Shown piece after piece: positions 41,601 through 55,335 of a DNA stretch of 64,000 nucleotides. The notes below the pieces were generated by a model that was not told where the DNA came from, ran no database searches, and saw only the letters and a program-made list of their open reading frames with translations. This DNA comes from Octopus sinensis (Eukaryota): positions 62,806,001-62,870,000 of the forward strand of contig NC_043007.1 in the NCBI RefSeq assembly GCF_006345805.1, read 5' to 3'. A program made the position numbers and the translations under genes. Numbering within the stretch: the first letter of the stretch is position 1; each line of letters begins with the position of its first letter.

Positions 41601-42698
41601 TAAATGTCAATTAAGTTGATATTTGGAACATAAATTAATATGAAAAGTTTCAAATTTAGATCACTATAAAATAGGAAGTTTGTATCATAGAACCATGGAT
41701 GTGCTCAAGTGGTTGGTATCAAAAGAGTTAAAGACTCAGTTGTGTTTGTTTATTTCTATACTGTAACTGATTGTATGATCTCAAAACATCAATTTTGTCT
41801 TGTCTTAATATCTGAAAAGAAAGCATCATCTAGCTATAAAATATTTTTGCTTCAGTTATACATCACTTGGTTCACAAAATGATGGTTTATGTTAGTTAGG
41901 CATGGAGCCAACTTTTACAGGAGAAAGGAATGTTTGATTTAGTTGACCCACATATATTAAATGGTACTAATTTTATATAGGCTTGTGAGAAGAAATGTGA
42001 AGATTATCCCAATAGCATCTGATTTCAAACCAGAAAAATGTTCCAGAGTTATCACTGGATTTTATGTATAACATGTGTTAATTTCATTTGATGCAATTTT
42101 CGTCTGTAAAGTTATTAAATATTGGCAACATTTCACTTCACTTGTTTTACTAATGCCCTTGGAAATAGTGCAGAAGATGCAGCTTCTCATTCTCCCCGAC
42201 ACATCCTAATTTCTGCATCTAAATAAGAACCTGTTACTAAAACAAAATCTCGGATTTAGTTTCAATTTCCAGTTGAAACAGTTTCATATATTAAATCAAT
42301 ACCTCTCATATGAAATATGAATGCTTTACGAATTTTTTTTTACCTTCAGAAAATAACAAATAAAAATCATTAAATGTACAATGATGGCAAGATTGCAGAG
42401 CAATAATGCAAATGGAACAATAGGGGACATTTCAAGGCCCAAGACAATGGACAATAGAAAGAAATAGCTAAGAAATAATATCATTATTATGTGGTGATGC
42501 AGAAGCTAATAATCTAGCTAAGAGTTAAGTCAGCAAGTTAAATTTAAAATGATTTTATTGTTTCCCTTAATAGTTTGAAGTCAAAGAGTAAGGGGCAGAC
42601 AAAATTTTGATACAGACAATAAGGAAGTCAGAAATATATATACATATAAATAACAATATATGTATATATATATATACATACACACACACATATATACA

Positions 42699-42732
<34 letters not shown>

Positions 42733-43101
42733 TACATATATAATAATAATAGTAGGGAATATAATTCCAAACTTACTGGGAAGTATTCAATTTAGCAATT
42801 CTAAATCAAATTTCACAATATATAATATATTTATATAATTTAGAGAAAAACCTCTATTAAGCAATTCAATAGTGAAAGATGTTATTCACACCATATAGGA
42901 AAAAAATGAATATACTATAAAAAACATTATTCTAAAAATCAATAAAGTGCATAAACAATAAATAGTAAATAGACAATGCGCGTTTTGTGTCTATATTTTC
43001 AAAATTGCTTAATAGAGGTTTTTCTCTAAATTATATAAATATATGTATACACACACACACACACACACATATATATACATATATAAATACATATACATAT
43101 A

Positions 43102-43750
43102 CAGGGAACCAAGTCAGTAGCGGGAGTGGATGCTCTGAAAGTGTAGTTGCTAGAATAAGAATAACCTGGGCAAAATTCTGAGAGCTCCTATCTCTGCTGG
43201 TGACAAAGGGCCTCTTGCTCAGAGTAAAAGGCAGACTGTATGATGCATGTGTACAAACAGCCATACTAAATGGCAGTGAAACATGGGCCAAGACTGCTGA
43301 GGACATGCGTAAGCTTGCAAAGAATGAAGCCAGTATGCCTTGCAGGATGTGTAATGTCAGTGTGCATACACAACAGAGTGTAAGCACCCTGAAGAGAAAA
43401 GTTGGATTTAAGAAGCATCAGATGTGGTGTGCAAGAGAGATGGCTGCACTGGTATGCCATGTGTTGTGAATGAATGAGGACAGCTGTATGAAAAAGTGTC
43501 ACACCCTAGCAGTTGAGGGAACCTGTGGAAGAGGTAAACCAAGAAAACCTGGGATGAGGTGGTGAAGCACGACCTTTGAACATTGGACCATTGGAGATAC
43601 GCTGTGCTTCAGAAGACCCAACGAGCCAAGTGAGACCACAGCCCATGGCCTATGCCAGTGGCTGTAACCAGCCCACTTATGAATACCCCTCATTCAATGG
43701 ACAATAAACTTTGCTTGTGAAGACCTATTGAAGCAAGTGAAATCAAAACT
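43102..43750 (+). mobile_element. RTE LINE 3' fragment
   Basis: GCSESVVARIRITWAKF, RVKGRLYDACVQTAILNGSETW, plus 3' UTR. Confidence 0.9.
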
Positions 43751-44280
43751 ATATAGAGAGTTGTACATATTAATATTGAAAAACGAATATATATATATTA
43801 AACAAGGCTAAAAATGATAGGCAAGACTATGTTTGAAAAAATGTTACAATATTTAAGTAAAATTCTACATACAATCAGAGAAAAAAACCAAAGAGAACAA
43901 GGAAAAAACATCGATCACAGACAAGACCAGCCAGTGTATTCGAGAGAGTTATCTTACTCAAAAACGAGCCCGGGGTAGGGGAAACAATCACAAAAAAGTA
44001 GGAACAAAACCAAATATATGAGGGAGAAAATTATTATAAATTTACAAGTTAGAAAATTTACAGGATAGAAAAAACGTATACACTTAACACATAAGGACAT
44101 ACAGTCATACATATATACATACAGAACACATACTTATACACACACACACACACACAAACGTGCATACACTCACACATACACATATAGGGGTGTAAGTGTG
44201 AGGGAACATACAGCAAGTAAAATAAAGAAGTATGTATTCACATAAGACATATATAAGTATATATACTTATAAACACACAT

Positions 44281-44327
<47 letters not shown>

Positions 44328-44929
44328 CATACACACACCTACAAACACATTCATAAAACAAACATGCACATACAAGTACACACATACACATATATATAAA
44401 TATATACACACACACACACATATACGAAATAAATACCTACACACACACACACACATATAGATCCAAATCACATATAATATATACACATCCACCCAAAACA
44501 AAAAACAAATTGACGCATATGTATATGTATATACACCAAAGAAACAACATATAAAAACATAGAAATATACACGGATATACATACATGTTAATGTATCCCT
44601 ACACAAAAAAAGCATGCATATACAGACAAAACAAGTATACATACATCCATACCTACATATACTTGTATATCCACATGTAGACAAAGACAAAATACATTCA
44701 TGTGCAAACACCAAAATGAAAAACCTACAAGTATACACATGCATACCCACATGTGAATATATAAAGATATATATATATATATGTGCATATATAAGCATAC
44801 ATATACATACACATAAAAATACACACATACATATAAAAACATGCCCACACACAGAGAATATGTACATACACATAACCTAAGAACTAATAAGAAAATGAAA
44901 AAGAGGTAATCAATAAGACTATTTAAGGT

Positions 44930-45290
44930 TAATGAAAAGAAATTTGGTCATATGTTTACAAGAGAAACTCTTCCATCTTTCGAATTCAAGATAGAACCAT
45001 TCATTTTCATAATCATATAAGACTCTTCAAGGCATAAAAGGCATGTTCTATTTCTAATCCTATAAGAGAGGGCAGAAGAAACAATATTCCAAGAAATCAA
45101 GAAATTTATGTTGTCTCTTTTGGGTTGCCATACCTTTTTGGATATACTAGTACTACTTTCTTCTGAGGATCATTAAAAGATGATTTATGATTATTCAAAC
45201 ATAATTTAAGAGAAACCTAGAGAAATCTTGTGTTATAATAGTAGCTTTATATACATTTTTCATTTTGCAATTACCAATTACCTTTAACCT
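44930..45290 (-). mobile_element. Penelope-like GIY-YIG C-terminal fragment (second family)
   Basis: Minus strand with frameshifts: NHKSSFNDPQK..STSISKKVW..ISWNIV..Y...TCLLCLEE..ILNSK..CKHMTKF, the typical PLE C-terminus. Confidence 0.8.
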
Positions 45291-45522
45291 TTTTTTATGT
45301 TATAGTTTACTGCACATATAGACGTGCATACACATTGATATGTCTGTCTTTTTTTCTCTTTTGTCTCTCTCACTATTATTACTGTTACTTTTTCCCTTTT
45401 ACAACTTGCTTGTAAATATCTGATTTTTCCCTATTACCCCTTCTGTATTCTCCCTTATTGTATCTTATCTTAATTTACTTTATTTTATTAAACTGTTTTT
45501 GATGTCCTTCTAAAAATTCTTT

Positions 45523-45620
45523 ACACTGATGAGAATGACAATACATAAAATTAATTATAATTACTATGATTATCATTTTTTTCTTACATATTTGTATTGT
45601 CCTTTGAAACGTGTGTATGT
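45523..45620 (+). ncRNA. Type I hammerhead ribozyme-like motif with extended stem II (PLE-associated)
   Basis: aca-CTGATGA(45526)-stem II gacaatac/gtattgtc around a long AT-rich loop-GAAAC(45606)-gtgt-GTA-tgt. Confidence 0.6.
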
Positions 45621-46006
45621 TTTGAATCCTAATTTGTATTAAATTGAATTTTGATGCAACATCTTTATCTCTATTTTTCTATAATTTTTTATGGTATATT
45701 TATACCTATAACAATATTTTTCAACTACTATATTCATATTCTTACAACTTGCTCTGGCTGTTTTTTATGAATATGATGAATCTTTATTAGAAACCATTCT
45801 TTCTCTCTTTTTGGACCTCTCAAAAAGTTTGAATTTTTCCTTTTTGAACTTATTTTTCTATACATACATACACATATATATATATATATATACATACACA
45901 CACACATATATATAAATACATACACACATATATATACATACATACACACACATATATATACATACATACATACATATATATACATACATACATACAAATA
46001 TATACG

Positions 46007-46045
<39 letters not shown>

Positions 46046-46047
46046 AT

Positions 46048-46460
46048 ATCATCATCATCGTTTAACGTCCGTTTTCCGCGCTAGCACGGGTTGGACGGTT
46101 CGACCGGGGTCTGGGAAGCCAGGGGCTGCTCCAGGCTCCAGTCTGATCTGGCAGAGTCTCTACGGCTGGATGCCCTTCCTAACGCCAACCACTCTGCGAG
46201 TGTAGTGGGTGCTTTTTACGTGCCACCTGCACAGGTGCCGGGGGGGTCCGGCATCGGTCACGATCGGTTCGAGCTTTTAACGTGCCAGTGGCACGGAAGC
46301 CAGCCAAGGCGGCGCTGGCAACGTTCGGATGGTCTTTTCTTTTTTTATGTGCCAGTCGGGGCGGCGCTGGCATCGGCCACGTTCGGATGGTGCTTTTTAT
46401 GTGCCACCGGCACAGAAGCCAGTCGGCGCGGCGCTGGCATCGGCCACGTTCGGATAGTGC
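46048..46460 (-). mobile_element. RTE 3' tail fragment in reverse orientation, young (CpG-rich)
   Basis: Reverse complement of 48540-48853, starting with (CAT)n. Confidence 0.85.
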
Positions 46461-46550
46461 TATATATATAATAATAAATATTAGGGAATAAATCCAAATT
46501 TACAAGGAAAAATCAGATTTAAGATTGAATCCAATTTTATAGTAAAATAT

Positions 46551-46971
<421 letters not shown>

Positions 46972-47164
46972 ATATATATATATATAAACACACACACACA
47001 TATATATATACACATATATATACACATATATATAGACATATATATATATATATAATATATATATATACATATATATATACACATATATATATACACATAT
47101 ATATATACACATATATATATACATGTATATATATATATACATACATACATATATGTATATACAC

Positions 47165-48853
47165 CCCGCTACATATCTTTCGTGGACTTGGAGAAAGCCT
47201 TTGACAAGGTCCCCCAATCGCTTATCTGGTGGTCGATGCGGAAACTGGAGATTGACAAATGGCTAATAAGGGCTGTACAGGCCCTATACAGAGAGGCTGT
47301 CAGCAAGGTTAGGATTGGCAATGAGTATAGTGAAGAATTCTGGGTAGAAGTAGGTGTCCACTAAGGTTCGGCCCTCAGTCCCCTTTTATTCATCATAGTC
47401 CTCCAGGCAATGACAGAGGAATTCAAAATAGGTTGACCCTGGAAGCTCCTCTATGCTGATGACCTGGCTTTCATAGCAGAATCACTACCGGAACTAGAAA
47501 AGAAATTTCGGGTGTGGAAGCAAGGTTTAGAATCAAAGGGCCTTAGAGTAAATGTAGTAAAGACCAAAGTTATAATAAGCAGAAAGGCGAACTCATCACA
47601 CCCCCCCTCGGGCAGATGGCCCTGCTCGATCTGTAGGAAAGGTGTAGGTAGAAACTCCATAAGATGTACCCAGTGTAAGCTATGGACGCATAAGAGGTGC
47701 AGCAACATCAAAGGGAAATTAACTGATAAGATAGCTTTCATGTGCGGCAGATGCACAGGGACAATAGACACCACAGATACTCAAAAAACAGATTCCATCA
47801 CACTCCAGAGGGAGAAACTAGAAGTAGTTGATAGTTTCCACTACCTAGGTGACCAAGTTAGTAGTGGAGGTGGATGCTCAGAGAGTGTTACCACTAGAAT
47901 ACCAATAGCCTGGGCAAAGTTTAGAAACTCCTACCCCTACCGGCGACAAAGGGTCTTTCGCTCAGAGTGAAAGGTAGATTGTATGATGCATGTGTGCAAA
48001 CTGCCATGCCTCACAGTAGTGAAACATGGGCTGTAACTGCAGAGGATATGCATAGGCTTGAAAGAAATGAAGCTAGCATGATCCGCTGGATGTGTAATGT
48101 CAGTGTGCATGCACAACAGAGTGTAAGCACCCTGAGAGAAATACTGGACATAAGAAGCATCAGATGTGGTGTGCAAGAGAGACGCTTGCGATGGTATGGT
48201 CATGTACTGCGGATGGATGAGGGGAGATGTGTGAAGAAGTGCCGCTCCCAAACAGTTGAAGGTATCAGAGGGAGAGGTAGACCCAAGAAGACATGGGATG
48301 AGGTAGTCAAGTATAACCTCCGAGCGTTGGGCCTCACAGAGGCAATGACGAAGGACCGAGATCTCTGGAGATATGCTGTGACTGCAAAGATCCGGACTGT
48401 TTCCTGCACCAGTTTCGCATAGCCCCAGCCCATTCAAAGTACCTTGGATTGCAGAACAACCTGCTGTGCTTGAGGAGACCTATTGAGTCAAGTACATGAA
48501 CATCGAAATAAATATCAAATGGAAATAGTAGTTGTGATACTTGTGCCGGTGGCACGTAAAAAGCACCTTCCGAACGTGGCCAATGCCAGCGCCGCCTTGA
48601 CCGGCTTCTGTGCCAGTGGCACGTAAAAAGCACCAACCGATCGTGGCCGCTGCCAGCCTCCCCCGGCACTTGTGCCGGCGGCATGGAAAAAGCACCCACT
48701 ACACTCACGGAGTGGTTGGCGTTAGGAAGGGCATCCAGCTGTAGAAACACTGCCAGATCAGACTGGAGCCTGGTGCAGCCTCCTGGCTTCCCAGACCTCG
48801 GTTGAACCGTCCAACCCGTGCTAGCACGGAAAACGGACGTTAAACGATGATGA
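47165..48853 (+). mobile_element. 5'-truncated RTE-clade LINE with a PHD finger inside the RT; complete 3' UTR and (GAT)n tail
   Basis: [73 protein letters not shown]. Few stops or frameshifts. Confidence 0.95.
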
Positions 48854-48858
48854 TACAT

Positions 48859-48901
<43 letters not shown>

Positions 48902-48930
48902 CATATATACACATACTTATATATATATAC

Positions 48931-48963
<33 letters not shown>

Positions 48964-49045
48964 CATAAATATACATATACATATATACATACATATACAC
49001 ATATATATACATTTATATATATATATATATACACACATACATATG

Positions 49046-51554
49046 ATTGATTGATTCTAGTTTCAGCTCACGAGCTGTGGCCATGCTGGGGCACCGCCAT
49101 TTGGTGTTGCTACATAGTTTTACTTCACGAATGCTTTTTAGCAACTGTCATTTGGTGCATGAGAGAGTTCGATGCAGCTGCCTTCATCTGCACCTCCTGC
49201 CATGACGTTGGTTCATCTGGGATACCTGACAAGAAGAGATCCAGTTTCATTTTAAAGACATCTGCATCCACCCCATGCAGGTCTCTTAGGTTCTTCGGGA
49301 GGATATTGAAGAGCTGTGGGCCTCGGAAGCCCAGGCTATCACAGTATCTTATCCTACATCTTGATGGCAAATTTGGAGTCCTTGGCACCACGCAGTGGCG
49401 CCCAGTTCTGGCATTTGTGTAACTCTCGATGCCAAAGTTTGGGACAAGTCCTTCCAGGATCTTCCAGATGTATATTATGGCATATCTTTCTCGCCTATGC
49501 TCCAAGGAATAGAGTTTTAATCTCTTGAGTCTTTCCCAGTAGCTTATATGCTGCACAGAGGCTATCTTCTTCGTGTAGCTACGTTGGATTGCCTCAAGTT
49601 CTGTGATCAGCTTGACACTGAATGGTGACCATAGCTGAGAGCAATAGTCAAAGTGGCTTAGGACAAGTGTCCTCCAGAGGACCATCATGGTTTCTTGTTC
49701 TAAAGGTTCTAAGAATCCATCCGGCCAGTCGTCTACATTTCATTGCCAATTTAGCAACATGTACACGAAAGGTTGCGTCATCACTCATGTAAATACCCAG
49801 GTCACGCACTGATTGTGCCTCTGGGATTGCAATTCCTCCGGGTCCAGTGTATTCATTGGGTATTGCATTTAGTTTTGCATGCTGATAGCATAAAGCTTGA
49901 AACTTTTCAGCATTGAACTGCATGCTATTCTTTTCAGCCCACTTGTATATTTTGTCCAGCTCACATTGCAGGCGTTTAGTGTCCTCAGGGTTCTGTATTG
50001 CCTGTGAAACTTTTGTATCATCTGCATAACTTGTGATCGTGGCTTTCTGCGTGGCTGAGGGCATGTCTGAGAGGGCCATTATGAACAGTAGTGGTCCCAA
50101 AACAGTGCCCTGCGGAACACCGCTCACTATTTGCGTGTTAATGGAAGTGGCCCCATTGGCTACTACCACCTGACTTCTATCTTTCAGAAAGTCATGAAGC
50201 CATTCTCCCAGTTTTCCAACTATGCTAAGATCACGCAGTTTGTGACATATCATTCCATGATTGACTTTATCAAAGGCCTTTGCAAAGTCGAGATATATCA
50301 CTTCCACATTTGAGTGGTTGAGCAGTCGTTTCAGCACCCAGTCATAGTGTTGTAGGAGCTGAGTTAAGCAGCTTCTTCCTGGTCGGAAACCATGTTGGGT
50401 GTCAGGCAGCAAGTCATTTTCTTCAAGGAAGGTGATCAGTTTCCTTCTGACTATTCGTTCCATGACCTTGCTGATGTGTGAGGTCAGAGAGATAGGTCTG
50501 TAGTTCTTGGCCTCCGCTCTGCTACCTCCTTTATGAATAGGGCATATTTTACCTTCCTTCAGTTTTCTTGGAAGTTTGCCAGCTGCAAGGAAGCTCTGAA
50601 AGAGGAACTGCAGTGGTCTTGCTAGGACTCTCTTACATACTTTTAGGAGGATTGCTGGGAATCCATCGGGGCCAGTAGCTGAGTCTGTTTTCATTTCATC
50701 TATAGCCTTTATTACATCGTCTTCCTTTATATCGATGTAATCTATCGTCGCTGCCTCTGATTTTATATCTGCAGTGGTAAAGAAGTCAGTTGGATTGGTG
50801 ATTTGGAAATGCCCAAGGGGTGGAGTGAAAACACTCTTGAATTGCTCATTCAGTATTTCACTTACCCTCATTGGTTTTCCTGTGAGCGTGCCGTTCTTTT
50901 CAAGGAGTGGCCCTATCCTACATTGCACCGTAGCTGTTTCTTTGGCATACCTGTAGAAAGCTCTGGGGTTAGATTTTATGTTGTCTATAGCCCAGGCTTC
51001 TTTATCTGCTCTTTCCTTTTCATGGGAGAGTTGCAGACATTTTTCAATTTCCAAGTTTTATTTTCAGGCGGGACTTTTCACTGCTTTCAATTTGTTTGTT
51101 TAGGCGATTTGAAATTTTTGTATGCCGTCTCATTAAAATTTTCCTCTCTCTGGGGATTTTGTTCTTGTGTACAGTGGCCTTTCTCTCTGGGACACATTTG
51201 TAGCATATGGCTTGCATTACAGACATGAATTGTTGAAGTTTCACGTCGATGTCTGGCGAGGAGAGACATTCAGGCCAGTTTTGTTTGTGGATCTCTTTCT
51301 CAATTTGTTTCCAGTTTGCCTTATGGAAGTTCAAGCTGGAAAGATTCTGAGGGTTTCTTGTAGGCTGCATGCCCATGCTTTCCTTTGGCCCGTACATGGT
51401 CAGCTCTACCATGTTGTGATCCGAGAGTAGTGTCGGTGTCACTTTCACATTATGGATGAGATCCATATTATTTGTGATCCAGTGTGTTACCTGCCCTGGT
51501 TGGTTGGAGTATTACTTGCTCCATGTACAGGGTGTTGATGAGGTTCAGGAGATA
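49046..51554 (-). mobile_element. CR1-clade LINE ORF2, 5'-truncated and nearly intact (end of APE domain, RT, C-terminus, 3' UTR)
   Basis: [73 protein letters not shown]. Frameshifts near 51470, 51050 and 49690 (ORFs 51044-51466, 49648-51054, 49125-49688). Confidence 0.95.
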
Positions 51555-51831
51555 CATATATATATATATATATATATAATATATATATATACATATATAT
51601 ATACACATACATATTATATATACATACATATATATACATATATATATATACATACATATATATATATATATATACACATACGTATATATATATACATACA
51701 TTATATATATATATACATACATATATATATATATACATACATATATATATACACATACATATATATATATACACATACATATATATATATACACATACAT
51801 ATATATACACATACATATATATATATATACA

Positions 51832-52357
51832 CATCATCATCATCATCATTTAGCGTCCGTTTTCCATGCTAGCATGGGTTGGACGGTTTAACTGGGGTCT
51901 GTGAAGCCGGAAGGCTTCATCAGGCCCAGTCAGATTTGGCAGTGTTTCTACGGCTGGATATCCTTCCTAACGCCAACCACTCCGCGAGTGTAGTGGGTGT
52001 TTTTTATGTGCCACCTGCACAGGTGCCAAACAGAGCTGGCAAACGGCCACGAACGGACGGTGCTTTTACGTGTCACCGGCACGGGGGCCTGCCGAGGCTG
52101 GCAACGAACACAAACGGATGGTGCTTTTACGTGCCACCGACACGGGGCCAGACAGAGCTGGCAAACGGCCACAAACAGACAGTGCTTTTACGTGTCACCG
52201 GCACGGGGGCCAGCCGAGGCTGGCAACGAACACAAACGGATGGTGCTTTTACGTGCCACCGACACGGGGCCAGACAGAGCTGGCAAACGGCCACAAACAG
52301 ACAGTGCTTTCACGTGTCACCGGCACGGGGGCCAGCCGAGGCTGGCAACGGACACGA
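51832..52357 (-). mobile_element. RTE 3' tail in reverse orientation carrying a 122-bp tandem minisatellite (~2.8 copies)
   Basis: tgccaccga recurs at 52132 and 52254. Each unit is a dimer of two ~61-bp subunits. Confidence 0.85.
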
Positions 52358-52358
52358 T

Positions 52359-52402
<44 letters not shown>

Positions 52403-52448
52403 ATATATATATATATACACACACACATATATATATATATACATACAT

Positions 52449-52612
52449 TTCACGGCAGGAGGTGCAGATGAGGGCAGCTGCATCAAGCTCTCTTCTGCAC
52501 CAAATGGCAATTGCTAAAAAGCATTCGTGAAGTAAAATCATGTAGCAACACCAAATGGCGGTGCCCCAGCATGGCCGCAGCTAGTGAGCTGAAACTAGAT
52601 AAATAAATAAAA
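52449..52612 (+). mobile_element. Short 3' fragment of the CR1 family, inverted relative to 49046-49205
   Basis: EVQMRAAASSSLLHQMAIAKKHS* followed by gtgccccagcatggccgcagc...gaaactagataaataaa. Confidence 0.85.
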
Positions 52613-53214
52613 ATATGCATATATAAATTATTTACATTATTATATGATTGATCGCCATGTATCCTCTTCCAAGTAAGTTTTATCTTAATAATTCTGATGT
52701 GCACTCTATATGATCTTTTTACTCTTTCGTTGTTCTCTCTCATTCTTTTACCTCCTCTTCTCCAACTATTCTATCCAATTACTCTGTCACTCTCTCCCTC
52801 ACTCCTCCTCCCTTGCTCACGTGACCATCGGCCATCTTTCTTCTCCTAACTTGTGTTTCTTTCTTTCTCTCTGTTGTAGCTGGAACAAGGAAGACGTGTT
52901 CTTGTCTGTCTCCTGTCCAAGCTTGCTTCATGCATTTGCCACCACAATCAATTTGACTCTCCACAAAATCATGAATTTTATTTAATTTGCTTTGCAGGAG
53001 AAACTGTTCTATCGAAAGCATATATTTTTGCTAAATGCTCAAAATACGAGAGTAGAAAAATAGCCAACAACTGATGAAAGGTTGTTCTTTATGATGTTTG
53101 TCTTGTTTTCCATTTGTGTCTTTTGCTGTTCAAAAAAAATAGTTCATATTCCATGTACTCTACTTTGTATTTTGTTGCTGTATATGTTCCATGATGTCTT
53201 GTGCCCACATATGC

Positions 53215-53307
<93 letters not shown>

Positions 53308-53391
53308 GATATAAGTATGTGTATATATATATATATATATATATAGGCTCAGAGACACACAGGCATGGATACACAAGAGGTGTAGTGGATT

Positions 53392-54290
53392 CATCATCAT
53401 CATTGTTCGACCGTGGTCGAGACAATGGAATTTACTATGCTACGCCAGACTTCATGGTCTATCATAGCATTACGGAGGTCCTGTTGCTGGATGCCTGTAT
53501 CCCTGGAGATTACATCAGGGTAGGAGTGTGCACTCTCTGGTATCGCAAGTAGATGGCTTCCAGAGGAGAAGAGTAGAAATTGCCTCGTTTTCAGCTCTAC
53601 AACAATGTCCAGCAAACTGGACTCTCCTACCTTTCACAAGTGACGATACAGGTTGTGGTTTCCCATATATTTGTACTTTGGTTGGATGACACTTCCACAA
53701 GAGATTTTGAGCTCTCATAAGGAGTCAAGTGTAAGCTCCATCCAACTGCCTCTCAAGCTTCTCTGATAATGTCCAGGTTTCTGAGCCATATAGTAGAATT
53801 GGTTCGACTGTGGCTTTGAAGATTTTAAGTTTGAAATCTCTACTTAGATTTGATGACCAGATCTTATGCATATCATTACAGGCTGACCAGGCCATACCCT
53901 TTCTAGTTAGAAAATCTTTTCCAGATGATGATATGTATGACCCAAGATATTTGTAATCAAAAACCATATTTAAGGGCGTATTGTTGAGAGTATGGATGAT
54001 GAAATCACTGTTGGACAGGCACTTGTTTACATATTCAGTCTTGAACTCATTGAGGTAAAGACCTACACAATTTGAGGCTTATTCAAGAGATTGTAAAAGA
54101 GACTGGGCATTGGAGAGAGAATCACTGATAAGAGCGATGTCGTCAGCAAAGTCAGTGTCTGTTAAGTATTCAGCTGGGTGTCTGGAACTTCTTTTAGATT
54201 TTATTTCAAAGCCCTTGCTAGAGATGGTATCAACTGACATACGTAGCACATAGTCAACGACAATGATGAAGAGAAATGGGCGAGTGTGTC
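53392..54290 (-). mobile_element. RTE LINE (third family), RT C-terminal half to (GAT)n tail
   Basis: PFLFIIVVDYVLR, DTDFADDIAL, DYKYLGSYI, ILLYGSETW, RRVQFAGHC. Confidence 0.9.
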
Positions 54291-55335
54291 TCCCTGGTGG
54301 ATTGATAGGAAGATTATTAGAGATGATAGTTTCCCTATGTGAAAGATGCACAGGTTCCATGAAACCCATAGAGACTCAGGAAATTGATTATCTCAAATGC
54401 CCTGGTGGCTCATCAGAGGTAGTAGATAATTTGTCACCAAAGGGCCCAAATTAGTAGTGGGGGGAGGATGCATAGAGGGTGTGGTAACTAGAATAACAAT
54501 AGCATAGAGGAAATTCAGAGAGCTGTTACCTCCATTGGCCATAAAAGGTTTTTCTCTCTGGGTGAAAGGAAGATTATATGATGCATGTATACAGACAGCA
54601 GTTCTGCATGGTAGTGAGACATGGGTCCTGAATGCAGAAGACAAGCAAAGGTTAGAAAAGAAAAAGGCTAGTGTGTTCCGCTGGATGTAAGTGTACATGT
54701 TTTACAGAGTACCAGTGTTCTGAGAGAGAAGTTAGGCACACTGTGTGCAAGAGAGAAAACTGCACTGGTTTGGTCATGTGACGCCAATAGCTCCATAAAG
54801 AAGTGCCGATGTCTCAAAGTGGATGGAACTCATGGAAGTAGAAGACTCAGGAAGACATGGAATGAAATAGTGAAGAACAACCTCAGGACGCTGAACTTTT
54901 CAGGTGAGATGACAAAGGACCAAGACCGAGATACTTGGTGCCTTGCCATACTCAAGAAGACCCATACTCTGTGGCAGAAGTGTTAAGACTGATCCTTCTG
55001 GTGGTGTAAAGAACTTGTGACAGTGCCACACAAAAGCACCTATATGGTGACACATAAAAGTGCCCTTGTGGTCCCACATAAAAGTGCTCGTGCAGTGCTA
55101 CATAAAAGCACCTGTGCAGCACCACATAAAAGCACCCATGCAGTGCCATGTAAAAGCACCCAGCACATTCTGTAAAGTAGTTGGAATTAGGAAGGGCATT
55201 CAGCCATAGAAAGCATGCCAGTTCATACTGTAGTCTGATGCAACTCACCAGCTTGTTAGCTCTGGCCACACCATCCAACCCATGCCAGCAGACAGCAAAC
55301 ATTAAATGATGATGATGATGATGATGGTGATGATG
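54291..55335 (+). mobile_element. Decayed RTE 3' fragment with 20-bp repeat array and tail
   Basis: GRLYDACIQTAVLHGSETW remnant, cacataaaagcacc array at ~55020-55160, (GAT)n end. Confidence 0.8.

Noticed and set aside
52005-52357. CRISPR-like repeat-spacer pattern (also 48540-48700, 46205-46460, 34740-35190)
   Set aside because: The spacers are homologous to each other, the arrays lie in RTE 3' UTRs, the context is eukaryotic and there are no cas genes.
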